Origin: an uncultured Methanosarcinales archaeon
GTDB taxonomy: Archaea; Nanobdellota; Nanobdellia; Woesearchaeales; JANQNQ01
Assembly: GCA_964550525.1 (NCBI GenBank)
Contig: CAZJZJ010000003.1
Span: 1 to 60,442, forward strand
Reading direction: 5' to 3'
Length of the DNA stretch: 60,442 nucleotides
Under the pieces are notes generated by a model. It made no database searches. It saw only the letters and a list, made by a program, of their open reading frames with translations, and was not told the DNA's origin. The translations under genes were made by a program, and so were the position numbers. Below, in pieces: positions 34,759-44,175 of this stretch. Numbering within the stretch: the stretch's first letter is position 1; each line of letters starts with the position of its first letter.

Positions 34759-36011
34759 TTTAGTTTTCCCAAGGCTTTCCAGAAACCAGGAAATGACTTA
34801 TTCACACAACCTGGGTTCTTGATTTTAATCCCAGGAATCTTTAGCCCTACAATAGCAAAGCTCATTGCCATACGATGATCATCATAGGTCTCAATATCTG
34901 TACTTTTAAGTTCACCTGGTTCTGATTCAATTGTTATTGAATCCTCTGTTGTCTTGACTTTTGCACCGAGTTTAGTCAATTCTTTCTCAAGCGCAGCTAA
35001 CCTATCTGTTTCCTTAACACGTAGATTAGCTACATTGGTGATCTGGGTTTTGCCTTTTGCAAACAAAGCAACAATTGCAAGTGTTTGAACTACGTCTGGC
35101 ATTGAATTCATGTCAATAGTAATACCATTAAGGTCTTTACCTACTACTTCAATAAAGGTCTTGCTAGATTTAACCTCACAACCCATCTGTTTCAGTACAT
35201 TCACAAATTGCACATCACCTTGCTTTGATTTTAATGAAAGGTTATTAATTCTAACCCTGCCTTTTGTTATTGCTGCAGCTGCAAAAAAGTAAGAAGCATT
35301 AGAAGCATCACTTTCTATAGTGTAGGTCTTTGCCTTATATCTTTGCCCAGGTTTCACTACAAAGCCTTGATAGTTTTGGTTTTCCACATCTACACCAAAA
35401 TCTTGCATTATATCTAAGGTTAGATCTACATATGGTTTTGAAGTTAGTTCACCAATTACTTTTAATCTTACCTCGTTATTAGCATAAGGTGCACACATCA
35501 GTATAGAAGAGATATACTGGCTGCTCATGTTTCCCTTTATTTGTGCTATACCTCCAGGAAACTCACCACCATATACCTTTAAAGGAGGGCAACCTGTACT
35601 ACAATCTGTCTCCACACCCAGTTGCCTCAATGCATCTAATAGATCACCTAAAGGCCGTTTCTTCATTCTTTCGTTGCCAGTTATTGTTGTATTACCAAAA
35701 GCAAGCGCAGCATAGGTTGTAAGAAAACGTACAGCTGTACCAGCATTACCTAAGTATACTGGTTGTTTCGGTGCGATTGCTTGTAAACCAATACCATGCA
35801 CCTCTAGACTATCCTTAATCTGCTTAATTCTAACCCCAAAGTTTTGTAGTGCGTTAACCATATATTTAGTATCATCACTAAATAAAGGATTCTTCAGCAA
35901 GGAATTACCTTCAGCAAGCGCAGCTATCAATAATGCTCTATTTGTGTAACTTTTAGAACCAGGTATAGTGATATCTGCATTAATCTTGTCAACTGCTCCT
36001 ATAGGTTTCAT
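34755..36011 (-). CDS. aroA: 3-phosphoshikimate 1-carboxyvinyltransferase (EPSP synthase)
   Basis: PGSKSYTNRALL, LGNAGTAVRFL, KETDRLAAL, DDHRMAMSFA. Confidence 0.95.
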   Translation of the reverse strand: MKPIGAVDKINADITIPGSKSYTNRALLIAALAEGNSLLKNPLFSDDTKYMVNALQNFGVRIKQIKDSLEVHGIGLQAIAPKQPVYLGNAGTAVRFLTTYAALAFGNTTITGNERMKKRPLGDLLDALRQLGVETDCSTGCPPLKVYGGEFPGGIAQIKGNMSSQYISSILMCAPYANNEVRLKVIGELTSKPYVDLTLDIMQDFGVDVENQNYQGFVVKPGQRYKAKTYTIESDASNASYFFAAAAITKGRVRINNLSLKSKQGDVQFVNVLKQMGCEVKSSKTFIEVVGKDLNGITIDMNSMPDVVQTLAIVALFAKGKTQITNVANLRVKETDRLAALEKELTKLGAKVKTTEDSITIESEPGELKSTDIETYDDHRMAMSFAIVGLKIPGIKIKNPGCVNKSFPGFWKALGKLK

Positions 36012-36826
36012 TTTTTTTGTTTAAGGTGTTTAAAAACAACATTCTCCATAAAGTTATACTCAGGGGTTTTACCTGTCCACAACCTAAAACTTTCTAGGCC
36101 TTGATGTATTAACCAGGGAATACCGTTGATTGCAGTACAGCCTTTTTTATTAGCATCCCTAATAAGTTTTGTCTTAAGTGGGTTGTATATTGCATCGAGA
36201 ACAACTACATTATTCAATAGAGTGGTATCAATAGGAGATTTTCCTTTGTTTTCCCCCATACCCAAGTTAGTTGTGTTGATAATAATATCTGGCTTAGATA
36301 TCTTGAAGTTATATAATTCACCATAATGGCACTTGAATCTTTTACCAAGTTTCTTTGCTTTACTAAATGTCCTATTCAGTATTGTGATAGACCCAGCTTG
36401 CCTTTGCTGCATTGCGTATACAGCTGCACGTGCTGCACCACCTGCACCTAGTACAATAACATTGCTACCCTTAATCAAAGTCTTATCCTCGAGTGTCTTA
36501 ATTATACCAATATAGTCTGTATTATAACCAACTAATTTCCCGTCATCAACAACTATGGTATTAACTGCACCGATGTTGCCTGCATTTACTTCAATCTTAT
36601 CAAGATACTTCATCACTGTTACTTTATGTGGAGAAGTTACATTTGCACCTATAAAATTAAGACCTTTTAACCCCCTAACTGCGTTTTTCAGATCTGTTAC
36701 ATCAAACGCTATATACTGTGCATTAATTTTAAAATGTTCAAACAAGGCGTTATGCATTATAGGGCTTATACTATGCTCAACTGGATGCCCTATAAGCCCG
36801 CAAAGTTGTGTTTCCGATTCGATCAT
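36008..36826 (-). CDS. aroE: Shikimate dehydrogenase
   Basis: LIGHPVEHSISP, NVTSPHK, NTDYIG, LGAGGAARA. Start re-called to MIESETQ (ATG 36826). Confidence 0.9.
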   Translation of the reverse strand: MIESETQLCGLIGHPVEHSISPIMHNALFEHFKINAQYIAFDVTDLKNAVRGLKGLNFIGANVTSPHKVTVMKYLDKIEVNAGNIGAVNTIVVDDGKLVGYNTDYIGIIKTLEDKTLIKGSNVIVLGAGGAARAAVYAMQQRQAGSITILNRTFSKAKKLGKRFKCHYGELYNFKISKPDIIINTTNLGMGENKGKSPIDTTLLNNVVVLDAIYNPLKTKLIRDANKKGCTAINGIPWLIHQGLESFRLWTGKTPEYNFMENVVFKHLKQKK

Positions 36827-36828
36827 TC

Positions 36829-37497
36829 TTACACCCCCATATCTTGCCATATCTTTTTTAATTGCTTAACAGTGATTTGTCCAGATGCAGATTCTTTACC
36901 TTTACTCAAAGAAGCAAAAGTAAGATAACTGCCAAACATTGGAGCTAAAATTCTGCTTAACCTACCTTTTTCACCCATACAAAGAGCGATTATTGGTTTG
37001 TTTTTATTCTTTGCAATCTTTATTAATTCAAACATCTTAATATTGTCGTAAATATAATTAGCTTTCGCAGCTATTTTAACAATATCTGCATTCAGTTTTA
37101 TACTTTTATCCAATGCTTTGGCTAGGTTTTTATCTGTACACCTAAAATTATGAGTTGAGATTATGATTTTAGTTTTTCTTTTATTTTTGATTAGTTGCTT
37201 AATAGTTTTTCTTCCTACAGAAAGCTCAATATCAACATAATCTGCATTAAGCAAGATTGCCTGTTTTAACAAAGAAAGCCTTTCCATTTCTGTACCTTTA
37301 AATCTACCGGCTTCTGCCCTTTTCCTACAAGTCACTATAACAGGTTTTTTTGGTTTTGATAATAGTTTTTTTAAATCAAGATCCTTGATGTAATCGATTC
37401 TTAACTCAATTATATCTGCAAGTTTCTCTGCCTTACTGATATCCAACAAAGCATTTCTCATTGTTGTTGCTGTAATAGGTATACATATCATGTTCAA
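36829..37497 (-). CDS. aroD: 3-dehydroquinate dehydratase, type I
   Basis: IELRIDY, TCRKRAEAG, ISTHNF, KIAAKA; type I layout. Confidence 0.85.
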   Translation of the reverse strand: MNMICIPITATTMRNALLDISKAEKLADIIELRIDYIKDLDLKKLLSKPKKPVIVTCRKRAEAGRFKGTEMERLSLLKQAILLNADYVDIELSVGRKTIKQLIKNKRKTKIIISTHNFRCTDKNLAKALDKSIKLNADIVKIAAKANYIYDNIKMFELIKIAKNKNKPIIALCMGEKGRLSRILAPMFGSYLTFASLSKGKESASGQITVKQLKKIWQDMGV

Positions 37498-38582
37498 CCC
37501 CTTTGCAATGCTTTAAGAACTACGCTGTCAGAGGCGTGAATACTTACCTTGTTACTGACAGTTTTAACCTTACCAATATTTTGCAGCAGAATAAACTGCG
37601 CTTTTTTATTAACTGATTTCTTGTCTTTTCGGATAATTTTAACTATTCTCTCTACAGCTTTTATACCTGCTCTAGTTTCGTAACCAAACTGTTTCATTAA
37701 CTCAATTATCCTAAGTAGCTCTGAACGTTTAAGATAACTCATTTCATTTGCTATCCTTGCTTCAACAACCATGCCTGTTGCTACAGCCTCGCCATGAGCA
37801 AGTTTATAATTGCTTATTATCTCAAGAGCATGGCCTATTGTATGCCCGAAATTCAGGATTTTCCTAAGTTCTTCTTCTTTTTCATCTTTAGCCACCACTT
37901 TAGCTTTTATTTCACACCCTTTCTGGATAAGCATTTCAACTACTGAAGGATCAAGTGATTTGATATTTTCAATATTTTTTTCTATGTAGTCAAAGAAGCT
38001 TTTATCATAAACCAAAGCATACTTAATTACTTCTGCAAGACCGTTAAGGAACTGCCTATAAGGAAGGGTTTTAAGAAACTCTGGATCTATGTAGACTTTC
38101 TTAGGTTGGTAGAATGCGCCGCAAGAGTTCTTACCTTGGCTAAGATCAATTGCTACCTTACCGCCTACAGAGGAGTCAACCATAGCCATAAGTGTAGTTG
38201 GAACCTGCACATAGTTTATTCCACGCATATAAGTAGCTGCTACTAAACCAGCCATATCACCTACAACTCCGCCACCAAATGCAATAATACAGCTTTTACG
38301 GTCTAAACCAATCTCAAAGGTTTCCTCTAATAGCTCACTTAATGATTTAATATTCTTGTTCTGTTCACCTGCTTTAAATGTAATTAAGTGCGTTTCCAAG
38401 CGGGCCTTTTTCATTAAAACCAGTAGATTACTAGCAAGTTCCTTAAGATTTGAGTCAGTGATAATAAGGAACTTATTTCCAAACTGCTTAATATCTTTTA
38501 CAATACTGTAGAATAGCCCATGCTCTATCTGGATGTCATAAGATTTATCTACTTGCTTTTTTAGTTTTAGTTTTATTATCAT
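37494..38582 (-). CDS. aroB: 3-dehydroquinate synthase
   Basis: GGGVVGDMAGLVAATYMRGINYVQVPTTL, SSVGGK, NFGHTIGHALE. Confidence 0.95.
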   Translation of the reverse strand: MIIKLKLKKQVDKSYDIQIEHGLFYSIVKDIKQFGNKFLIITDSNLKELASNLLVLMKKARLETHLITFKAGEQNKNIKSLSELLEETFEIGLDRKSCIIAFGGGVVGDMAGLVAATYMRGINYVQVPTTLMAMVDSSVGGKVAIDLSQGKNSCGAFYQPKKVYIDPEFLKTLPYRQFLNGLAEVIKYALVYDKSFFDYIEKNIENIKSLDPSVVEMLIQKGCEIKAKVVAKDEKEEELRKILNFGHTIGHALEIISNYKLAHGEAVATGMVVEARIANEMSYLKRSELLRIIELMKQFGYETRAGIKAVERIVKIIRKDKKSVNKKAQFILLQNIGKVKTVSNKVSIHASDSVVLKALQRG

Positions 38583-38583
38583 T

Positions 38584-39600
38584 CTACATAGTCCTGCCTA
38601 CAGCTTTTGCAATCGGTTTAAGCTCTTTTACTAGTTTCTTAAAGTTATCTGGTTTAAGGGACTGATCACCGTCACTTACAGCTTCTTCTGGGTGTGGATG
38701 TACTTCTATAATCAGACCATCTGCGCCACAAGCAATAGAAGCTTTTGACATAGGTCCAACAAGATCATACTTGCCTGTACCATGGCTTGGATCAACTATC
38801 ACAGGAAGATGTGATAGTTTCTTTAATGCTGGAACTATATTAAGATCAAGTGTATTCCTAGTGAAATCTGAGAATGTCCTTATACCTCGTTCACATAGGA
38901 TTACGTTTAAGTTACCTTCTGCCATGATATACTCTGCTGCCATAAGGAATTCTTTCATTGTGCAAGACATGCCACGTTTAAGCAGTACTGGCTTTTTTGC
39001 TTTACCAACTGCTTTAAGCAGCTTGAAGTTCTGCATATTCCTTGCACCTAATTGTAGAATATCTGCATATTTTGCAACCAGTTTAACATCAACAGTATCC
39101 ATTACTTCTGTTACTATTGCTAGGCCTGTAGCTTTTGATGCTTTTTTTAGAAGTTTTAAACCTTCTTCTTCCATACCTTGAAAACTGTAAGGAGAGGTTC
39201 TTGGTTTAAAAGCACCACCCCTTAATACAGTTGCACCTGCTGCTTTAACTGCTTTGGCAGTTGCCATAATCTGTTTTTCAGATTCGACTGCGCAAGGACC
39301 AGCCATTATAGTAAGCTTTTTACTGCCTATCTCTGTTCTATTGTTTAGCTTAATCACTGTATCTGCTGGATGAAATTCTCTCGAAGCAAGCTTGTATGGA
39401 GCCAGAACAGGCATAACCTTTTCTACACCTTCTATAGCTTGTAATTGCTCAAGTTGTATCTGCCTTTCATCACCTATCAAACCAATAATTGTCCTTTCTG
39501 TACCTCTAGAAAGATGCGGTTTAAGGCCGTGCCTTTTTATTATTTTTAGTATATGGTTAAGTTGTTTTTCGTTTAATCCTGGTTTTGTTACAATTATCAT
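38584..39600 (-). CDS. aroF: DAHP synthase, class I-beta with an N-terminal ferredoxin-like domain
   Basis: [33 protein letters not shown]. 338 aa, like the Thermotoga type. Confidence 0.9.
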   Translation of the reverse strand: MIIVTKPGLNEKQLNHILKIIKRHGLKPHLSRGTERTIIGLIGDERQIQLEQLQAIEGVEKVMPVLAPYKLASREFHPADTVIKLNNRTEIGSKKLTIMAGPCAVESEKQIMATAKAVKAAGATVLRGGAFKPRTSPYSFQGMEEEGLKLLKKASKATGLAIVTEVMDTVDVKLVAKYADILQLGARNMQNFKLLKAVGKAKKPVLLKRGMSCTMKEFLMAAEYIMAEGNLNVILCERGIRTFSDFTRNTLDLNIVPALKKLSHLPVIVDPSHGTGKYDLVGPMSKASIACGADGLIIEVHPHPEEAVSDGDQSLKPDNFKKLVKELKPIAKAVGRTM

Positions 39601-40238
39601 TTTTTAGGCACCTTTTTCCAATCATCTAGGAATTTCTTTATACCTTTATCAGTAAGCTCGTGTTTAAACATCTCAGCCAGTACTTTTGGCGGGATTGTAG
39701 CGATATGTGCGCCAAGTGTTGCAGCTTCTCTAACATGATCAAGGTTTCGTACACTAGCTACAATAATCTGTGTATCAAAGTTATAGTTTTTATAGATTTG
39801 GACAATATCTTTTACTATATCCATACCACGTTTACCAATATCATCTAACCGACCTACAAAAGGGCTGACATAGGTTGCGCCTGCTTTTGCTGCGAGCAAT
39901 GCTTGGTTCGCTGAAAAAATAAGTGTTACGTTGGTTTTTATGCCAAGTTTTTTTAATTCTTTTACTGCTTTCATACCTTCATCTGTCATTGGAATCTTGA
40001 TTGTAATGTTTTTGTGGATCTTAGCAAGTGGTTTGGCTTCTTTAACCATGCCTTCTGCATCAAGACTGATTACTTCTGCGCTTATTGGCCCATCTACTAT
40101 GGTTGTTATCTCTTTTACCACTTCTTCGAATATTCTACCTGAACGTGCAATAAGGCTTGGATTGGTAGTTGCACCATCTATCAAGTGAGCATACTTCCTA
40201 ATTTCAGCTGTATCAGCTGTGTCAATAAAAATTTTCAT
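39597..40238 (-). CDS. tal: Transaldolase / fructose-6-phosphate aldolase family
   Basis: [38 protein letters not shown]. Confidence 0.9.
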   Translation of the reverse strand: MKIFIDTADTAEIRKYAHLIDGATTNPSLIARSGRIFEEVVKEITTIVDGPISAEVISLDAEGMVKEAKPLAKIHKNITIKIPMTDEGMKAVKELKKLGIKTNVTLIFSANQALLAAKAGATYVSPFVGRLDDIGKRGMDIVKDIVQIYKNYNFDTQIIVASVRNLDHVREAATLGAHIATIPPKVLAEMFKHELTDKGIKKFLDDWKKVPKK

Positions 40239-40260
40239 TTTTGAGTAACCTCCATTATGC

Positions 40261-40280
40261 AGCTTTCAAAAATGAAAGCT
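40261..40280 (-). promoter_or_regulatory. Perfect 8-bp intercistronic hairpin between the chorismate mutase and tal genes
   Basis: AGCTTTCA-TTTT-TGAAAGCT, just 5' of the tal SD GGAGGT. Confidence 0.4.
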
Positions 40281-40302
40281 ACGAACGATAGTGAGTATGT
40301 GT

Positions 40303-40584
40303 TCATTTTTTCGTCCTCCTGCTTTGTTTTTGAATTATTTTTGAGTATGAGATTATGGATCTAAATACCTTATTACTAAAAGTAATTGGGATTTTAGCTT
40401 TTTTTGAATAATTTTTAAGCTTGTCAAAGATCTGTTTTTCCCGATGTTTATCCTGAGTCTTTAGTTTGTGTTTTCTCTTGAAACTACTGATTCTTTTTAC
40501 TGTATTTATTCTTTTCACTAAAAGATTAAAAATCTGTTTATCTATTCTATCTATTTGCTTACGAAGCTGGTTTAGTCTTTGCAT
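40303..40584 (-). CDS. Chorismate mutase (AroQ class)
   Basis: LRKQIDRIDKQIFNLLVKR...DKHREKQIFDKL helical AroQ pattern; operon context. Confidence 0.75.
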   Translation of the reverse strand: MQRLNQLRKQIDRIDKQIFNLLVKRINTVKRISSFKRKHKLKTQDKHREKQIFDKLKNYSKKAKIPITFSNKVFRSIISYSKIIQKQSRRTKK

Positions 40585-40596
40585 TTATAAACCCCC

Positions 40597-40854
40597 TTAA
40601 GCAACTTTAGCCCTTATCTGTTTATAAAGTTTACTGGCTAACCTATCCATGTCTGCAATACTTGGCTGCTCCAGGATTGGCTTGCCTTCAGCCCTAGTAT
40701 ACAACCTATCCAATGCCTTTAGTGTTGGTTCAACTCCATTACGCTTAACCAACCATGTCACAAAACAAGGGTATGCTCCAACTAATGTTTGCGCTCTTGG
40801 ATGTATACGCATGGTCCTTGCCATTTTTTTTATGTTTTTTTTGTTTTCTTGCAT
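40597..40854 (-). CDS. Hypothetical 85-aa protein, first cistron of the aromatic operon
   Basis: GGAGG lies 8 nt before the ATG. No motif recognised. Confidence 0.45.
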   Translation of the reverse strand: MQENKKNIKKMARTMRIHPRAQTLVGAYPCFVTWLVKRNGVEPTLKALDRLYTRAEGKPILEQPSIADMDRLASKLYKQIRAKVA

Positions 40855-40870
40855 TTTTCTAGCCTCCTGC

Positions 40871-40955
40871 CTAGTTCTTTTTTGTTTTGAACGTAAGAAC
40901 TAGACATTTTTAAACAATGCTCGGCTGCTTAACCTTTAAATCTAGTTAAGACAGC
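40871..40955 (-). promoter_or_regulatory. Leader RNA with two hairpins and an alternative pairing (candidate attenuator)
   Basis: Hairpin 1 GCTGTCTTAAC/GTTAAGCAGC (40924-40955) abuts the mini-ORF stop. Hairpin 2 CTAGTTCTT/AAGAACTAG (40871-40903). AACTAGA (40941-47) can instead pair with TCTAGTT (40898-904). Confidence 0.45.
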
Positions 40956-41033
40956 TTACCAAAAATAAAAATAGAAACCGCTAACTAAACAAACCTTATT
41001 TCCATTTTCCATACATTGTTTAGTTGCGTTCAT
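40956..41033 (-). CDS. Candidate aromatic leader peptide MNATKQCMENGNKVCLVSGFYFYFW
   Basis: The ATG lies 24 nt after consensus TATA 41058-65. The last six sense codons are TTC TAT TTT TAT TTT TGG. Sits directly upstream of the shikimate/aromatic operon. Confidence 0.55.
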   Translation of the reverse strand: MNATKQCMENGNKVCLVSGFYFYFW

Positions 41034-41057
41034 ATTAGGATTTAGTGTAAGTAATGG

Positions 41058-41069
41058 TATATAAATGTT
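41058..41069 (-). promoter_or_regulatory. BRE/TATA promoter of the aromatic operon leader
   Basis: Minus strand AACATTTATATA, 24 nt to ATG 41033. Confidence 0.65.
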
Positions 41070-41089
41070 TTGGTGTGAGAAGAGGTTAG

Positions 41090-41893
41090 TTAGTATTTAC
41101 TTTTATAACTACCAAATACCTTAACCTTGCCACCCAAGATACCAAGAATCTCCTTGACAAATTTGTCTTCTCTGTGACCTTCTAGATCTATAAAAAAGAC
41201 ATATTCGCCGAGTTTACGTTTAGAAGGCCTGGATTCTATTTTAGTTAGATTTATTTTAAGATGCGCAAACATACCTAGAAGATCATAAAGCAACCCTGGC
41301 CTATCTTCACCTGGATCTATCATAATGCTTGTTTTATCCCTACCTGTCTTAGGAGAATCGTTTTTTGAAATAACAAGGAACCTAGTGATATTGTTTGAAT
41401 TGTCTTGTATTGCTTCTCTGATTATTTCCTGGTTATATATCTTTGCAGAAGTAGCAGAGATGATAGCACCTTCATTTACGTTTCTGCTTTCTTTAATCTG
41501 TTCAGCTGATTGGCTGTTACTACCAGTCATGATAATGTCTGCTTCTGGAAGATGCCTTCTTATAAATTTCTCACATTGAGCATATGTCTGTGGATGAACA
41601 TAAAGGCGCTTAATATCCTTAATATTGCCATGGCCTGCAAGATTATGCACTATTGGTAAAACCAATTCAGCTTTAATCTTTATATCAAACTCAAGAAGTG
41701 CATCATAGGTTAGACCAACTGAACCAGATTCAGAGTTTTCTAAAGGAACTACACCAAGTTTAGATTTTCCTGTAGCAACTGCTTCAAATACATTATAGAT
41801 AGTTCTACAAAAAAGCATCTCTGCTTCTTTATCATACTTTAAAGCAGCTTCATGGCAAAATGTGCCAGCTGGCCCTAAACATGCAATTTTCAT
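41090..41893 (-). CDS. pheA: Prephenate dehydratase with a C-terminal ACT domain
   Basis: MKIACLGPAGTFCHEAA, ENSESGSV, TRFLVIS, ESRPSK. Confidence 0.9.
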   Translation of the reverse strand: MKIACLGPAGTFCHEAALKYDKEAEMLFCRTIYNVFEAVATGKSKLGVVPLENSESGSVGLTYDALLEFDIKIKAELVLPIVHNLAGHGNIKDIKRLYVHPQTYAQCEKFIRRHLPEADIIMTGSNSQSAEQIKESRNVNEGAIISATSAKIYNQEIIREAIQDNSNNITRFLVISKNDSPKTGRDKTSIMIDPGEDRPGLLYDLLGMFAHLKINLTKIESRPSKRKLGEYVFFIDLEGHREDKFVKEILGILGGKVKVFGSYKSKY

Positions 41894-41915
41894 AGAAAAA
41901 TGGATAAAAAGACTA

Positions 41916-41927
41916 TTAATAAATGTT
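41916..41927 (-). promoter_or_regulatory. BRE/TATA promoter of pheA
   Basis: Minus strand AACATTTATTAA, 22 nt to ATG 41893. Confidence 0.6.
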
Positions 41928-41928
41928 A

Positions 41929-43065
41929 CTAAATACCAGAATAGGTTTTAGGTTTTGCCTTTTTGTTAAGTATACAGAACCCTGCATCTGCCAAAGCCTG
42001 CATCTCGTTCTCACCTGGGTAGATTGTAAAGCCAATTTTATACTGCCTAAATTTCTTCTTAATGTCTGATACAACCATTTTAGAGTGTGCAATGCCCCCT
42101 GTAAGAATAATCTGATCTATCTTTTCTCTGTTAAAACATACAAACCTGGAAAAGATCTCAGATGCAATCTGGTTGATCATGTTATCATAAACAAGTTTAG
42201 CATACTTATTACCTTTCTTGACTTGTCTACAGAACCTATGCACATCACTATAACCAAAATATGACATTAGACCACCTTCACCCTTAATCTTACGTAACAT
42301 CTTGTCTTTAGCAGAATTTATTGATTTCTTTGTAATCTTCTTTTTGCTAAGAATCATCTTTGTATACAACTCAATAGTTTGCCTCATTGGCAAAGACATT
42401 GCTCTTTCTGGAGTAAAAGGCCCATTCCCATAAACCGCATTATTTACGTAAACAATTCTGCCCTTATAACTCGCAGAAACAGATATACCTCCACCCATGT
42501 GAGCAATTATAAGATTAAGTGCCCCAGGTTTTTTTCTTTTCTCTTTTGCATACCTTGTAACACATGCCTTTACATTCAATGCGTGAAAGACACTCTTATT
42601 TTCTATCTCCTTTAATCCTGTAAGCCTGAACTCAGGTGCAATCTCATCTACAACAACTGGATCAAGAACATACGCCTTAATACCAAGCCTGTCTGCTATC
42701 TCTTTAGCAATAATAGCCCCTAAATTTGATGCATGTTCACCTTGTACACCTTTTTTCAGATGTTTTACCATTAAGTTATTTACTTTGTATACACCGCTTT
42801 CAACAGGATAGATAAGACCACCACGTGCCATTATAACCTTGATTGACCTTGAATTTATTTTTTGTTTTTTTAAGAAATCCAGTACTGCATTTTTTCTAAG
42901 CTTGTACTGATCCATTATATGCTTAAATCTCTTGAAGTTTTTATCCCTTGAATGATCAATAGATTCTATTTTAGATTCCTTCCCACCAACAAATATTCCA
43001 GTTTTCGTAGAAGTAGAACCAGGGTTAATAACCAGTACAACTCCTCTTTTGTTTGTCTTTTTCAT
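41929..43065 (-). CDS. buk: Butyrate kinase family acyl-phosphate kinase
   Basis: VLVINPGSTSTK, HASNLGA, AHMGGGIS, TGGIAHS. Confidence 0.85.
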   Translation of the reverse strand: MKKTNKRGVVLVINPGSTSTKTGIFVGGKESKIESIDHSRDKNFKRFKHIMDQYKLRKNAVLDFLKKQKINSRSIKVIMARGGLIYPVESGVYKVNNLMVKHLKKGVQGEHASNLGAIIAKEIADRLGIKAYVLDPVVVDEIAPEFRLTGLKEIENKSVFHALNVKACVTRYAKEKRKKPGALNLIIAHMGGGISVSASYKGRIVYVNNAVYGNGPFTPERAMSLPMRQTIELYTKMILSKKKITKKSINSAKDKMLRKIKGEGGLMSYFGYSDVHRFCRQVKKGNKYAKLVYDNMINQIASEIFSRFVCFNREKIDQIILTGGIAHSKMVVSDIKKKFRQYKIGFTIYPGENEMQALADAGFCILNKKAKPKTYSGI

Positions 43066-43121
43066 TCTTAACTCTCTCTAAACCACACAAACTAACCAAA
43101 TATAAAAATATTACCATAAAC

Positions 43122-43152
43122 AAAAAAGTGAAAGAAAAATTAAAAAGAAAAA
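43122..43152 (-). terminator. Oligo-T terminator after trmB
   Basis: The minus strand has four T5-T6 runs immediately after the stop. Confidence 0.5.
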
Positions 43153-43153
43153 T

Positions 43154-43972
43154 CTATTTTAGCACATCGTTTGCTGTTTTAAGATTTTTCCAGGTCGTAT
43201 CGAAAAATCCATTGAGTGCTGATGCGAAATAAGGTGTGTTTACCCATACACCAACATCATAGGTTGGATGAACTTCCTTATCATCAAGTACCATAAAAAC
43301 CAGGTCTTTACCATCAACAACACAGAAACGTGCACTTACTTTGTCTAGATGTCTTACATCTGCTATTCCAGAGATCTCTTTGACAGCATCCTTACATTCC
43401 TTTGTAATAGGTGCTGCAATTCTTATCTTAACTCCACGCTTTTTAACCTTTTCAAATGTAGGTTTAAGACCCTCAACTTTTCTTAAGAAACCCTGAGTTG
43501 TTGTAACTAGAGTAATAGATTTTTCTGCGTTCTTCATTGTAAGTTCAATATGGTTATAGAGGTTATGTCTACCACGAAGACTTCCAGCAAGATCTGTAGG
43601 TTCAACAAGTTCTACACCTTGCGTGTGTAATGTGTTAAGTTCATTAATTACTTCTGTCTTCTTTAAATTATCAAGCCTCTTTACTTTTTCTTCTGCGTCT
43701 GTTCTCATGTTTTTCTTTACTCTTTCAACAACCTCGTTTGGTGAAACAGCGATATATTTAATTGGTTTACCTAATTTCATCACTACAAAACCCTTCTTCT
43801 CAAGACTTTCTAACACATCATAACTTCTAGAACGAGGTACATTTGCTATATCAGATAATTCTCCAGCTGTACTTACCCCTCTAGAAAGTAGTGCTGTCCA
43901 TATCTTCACTTCATAAAGATTCAAAGAAAAATACCGTCTTAACTTACTCAAAAATTCGTCTTTTACAATCAT
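43154..43972 (-). CDS. trmB: TrmB-family transcriptional regulator
   Basis: LNLYEVKIWTALLSRGVSTAGELSDIANVPRSRSYDVLESLEKKGFV (wHTH) plus the TrmB C-terminal domain. SD GGGGAGGGG. Confidence 0.85.
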   Translation of the reverse strand: MIVKDEFLSKLRRYFSLNLYEVKIWTALLSRGVSTAGELSDIANVPRSRSYDVLESLEKKGFVVMKLGKPIKYIAVSPNEVVERVKKNMRTDAEEKVKRLDNLKKTEVINELNTLHTQGVELVEPTDLAGSLRGRHNLYNHIELTMKNAEKSITLVTTTQGFLRKVEGLKPTFEKVKKRGVKIRIAAPITKECKDAVKEISGIADVRHLDKVSARFCVVDGKDLVFMVLDDKEVHPTYDVGVWVNTPYFASALNGFFDTTWKNLKTANDVLK

Positions 43973-43993
43973 TTAAAACCCCTCCCCCTTTTT

Positions 43994-44147
43994 GTTTTTA
44001 CTTCAAGTTTTTACTTAAAGTATGGGTAAAAACGAAGTACTACTTAATATATGTTACGGTTTTTTACCCCCACGCAGTGCGTTCATTCCAAAAAAGTGAA
44101 AAACGTTGTGCACTCCAAAGTAAAAACTGGGAGTTCTCATTTTTTAC
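43994..44147. repeat. Seven dispersed copies of GTTTTTAC / GTAAAAAC in the trmB leader
   Basis: Copies at 43994, 44007, 44059 and 44139 (GTTTTT(T)AC-like). Copies at 44026, 44096 and 44120 are the complement orientation. Confidence 0.5.
44054..44140 (-). CDS. Candidate leaderless mini-ORF MRTPSFYFGVHNVFHFFGMNALRGGKKP
   Basis: The ATG lies 23 nt after consensus TATA 44164-71. 28 codons. Confidence 0.35.
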   Translation of the reverse strand: MRTPSFYFGVHNVFHFFGMNALRGGKKP

Positions 44148-44163
44148 TAATAAACTTAACTGG

Positions 44164-44175
44164 TATATAAATGTT
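44164..44175 (-). promoter_or_regulatory. BRE/TATA promoter upstream of the trmB leader
   Basis: Minus strand AACATTTATATA, abutting the acs stop. Confidence 0.6.
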
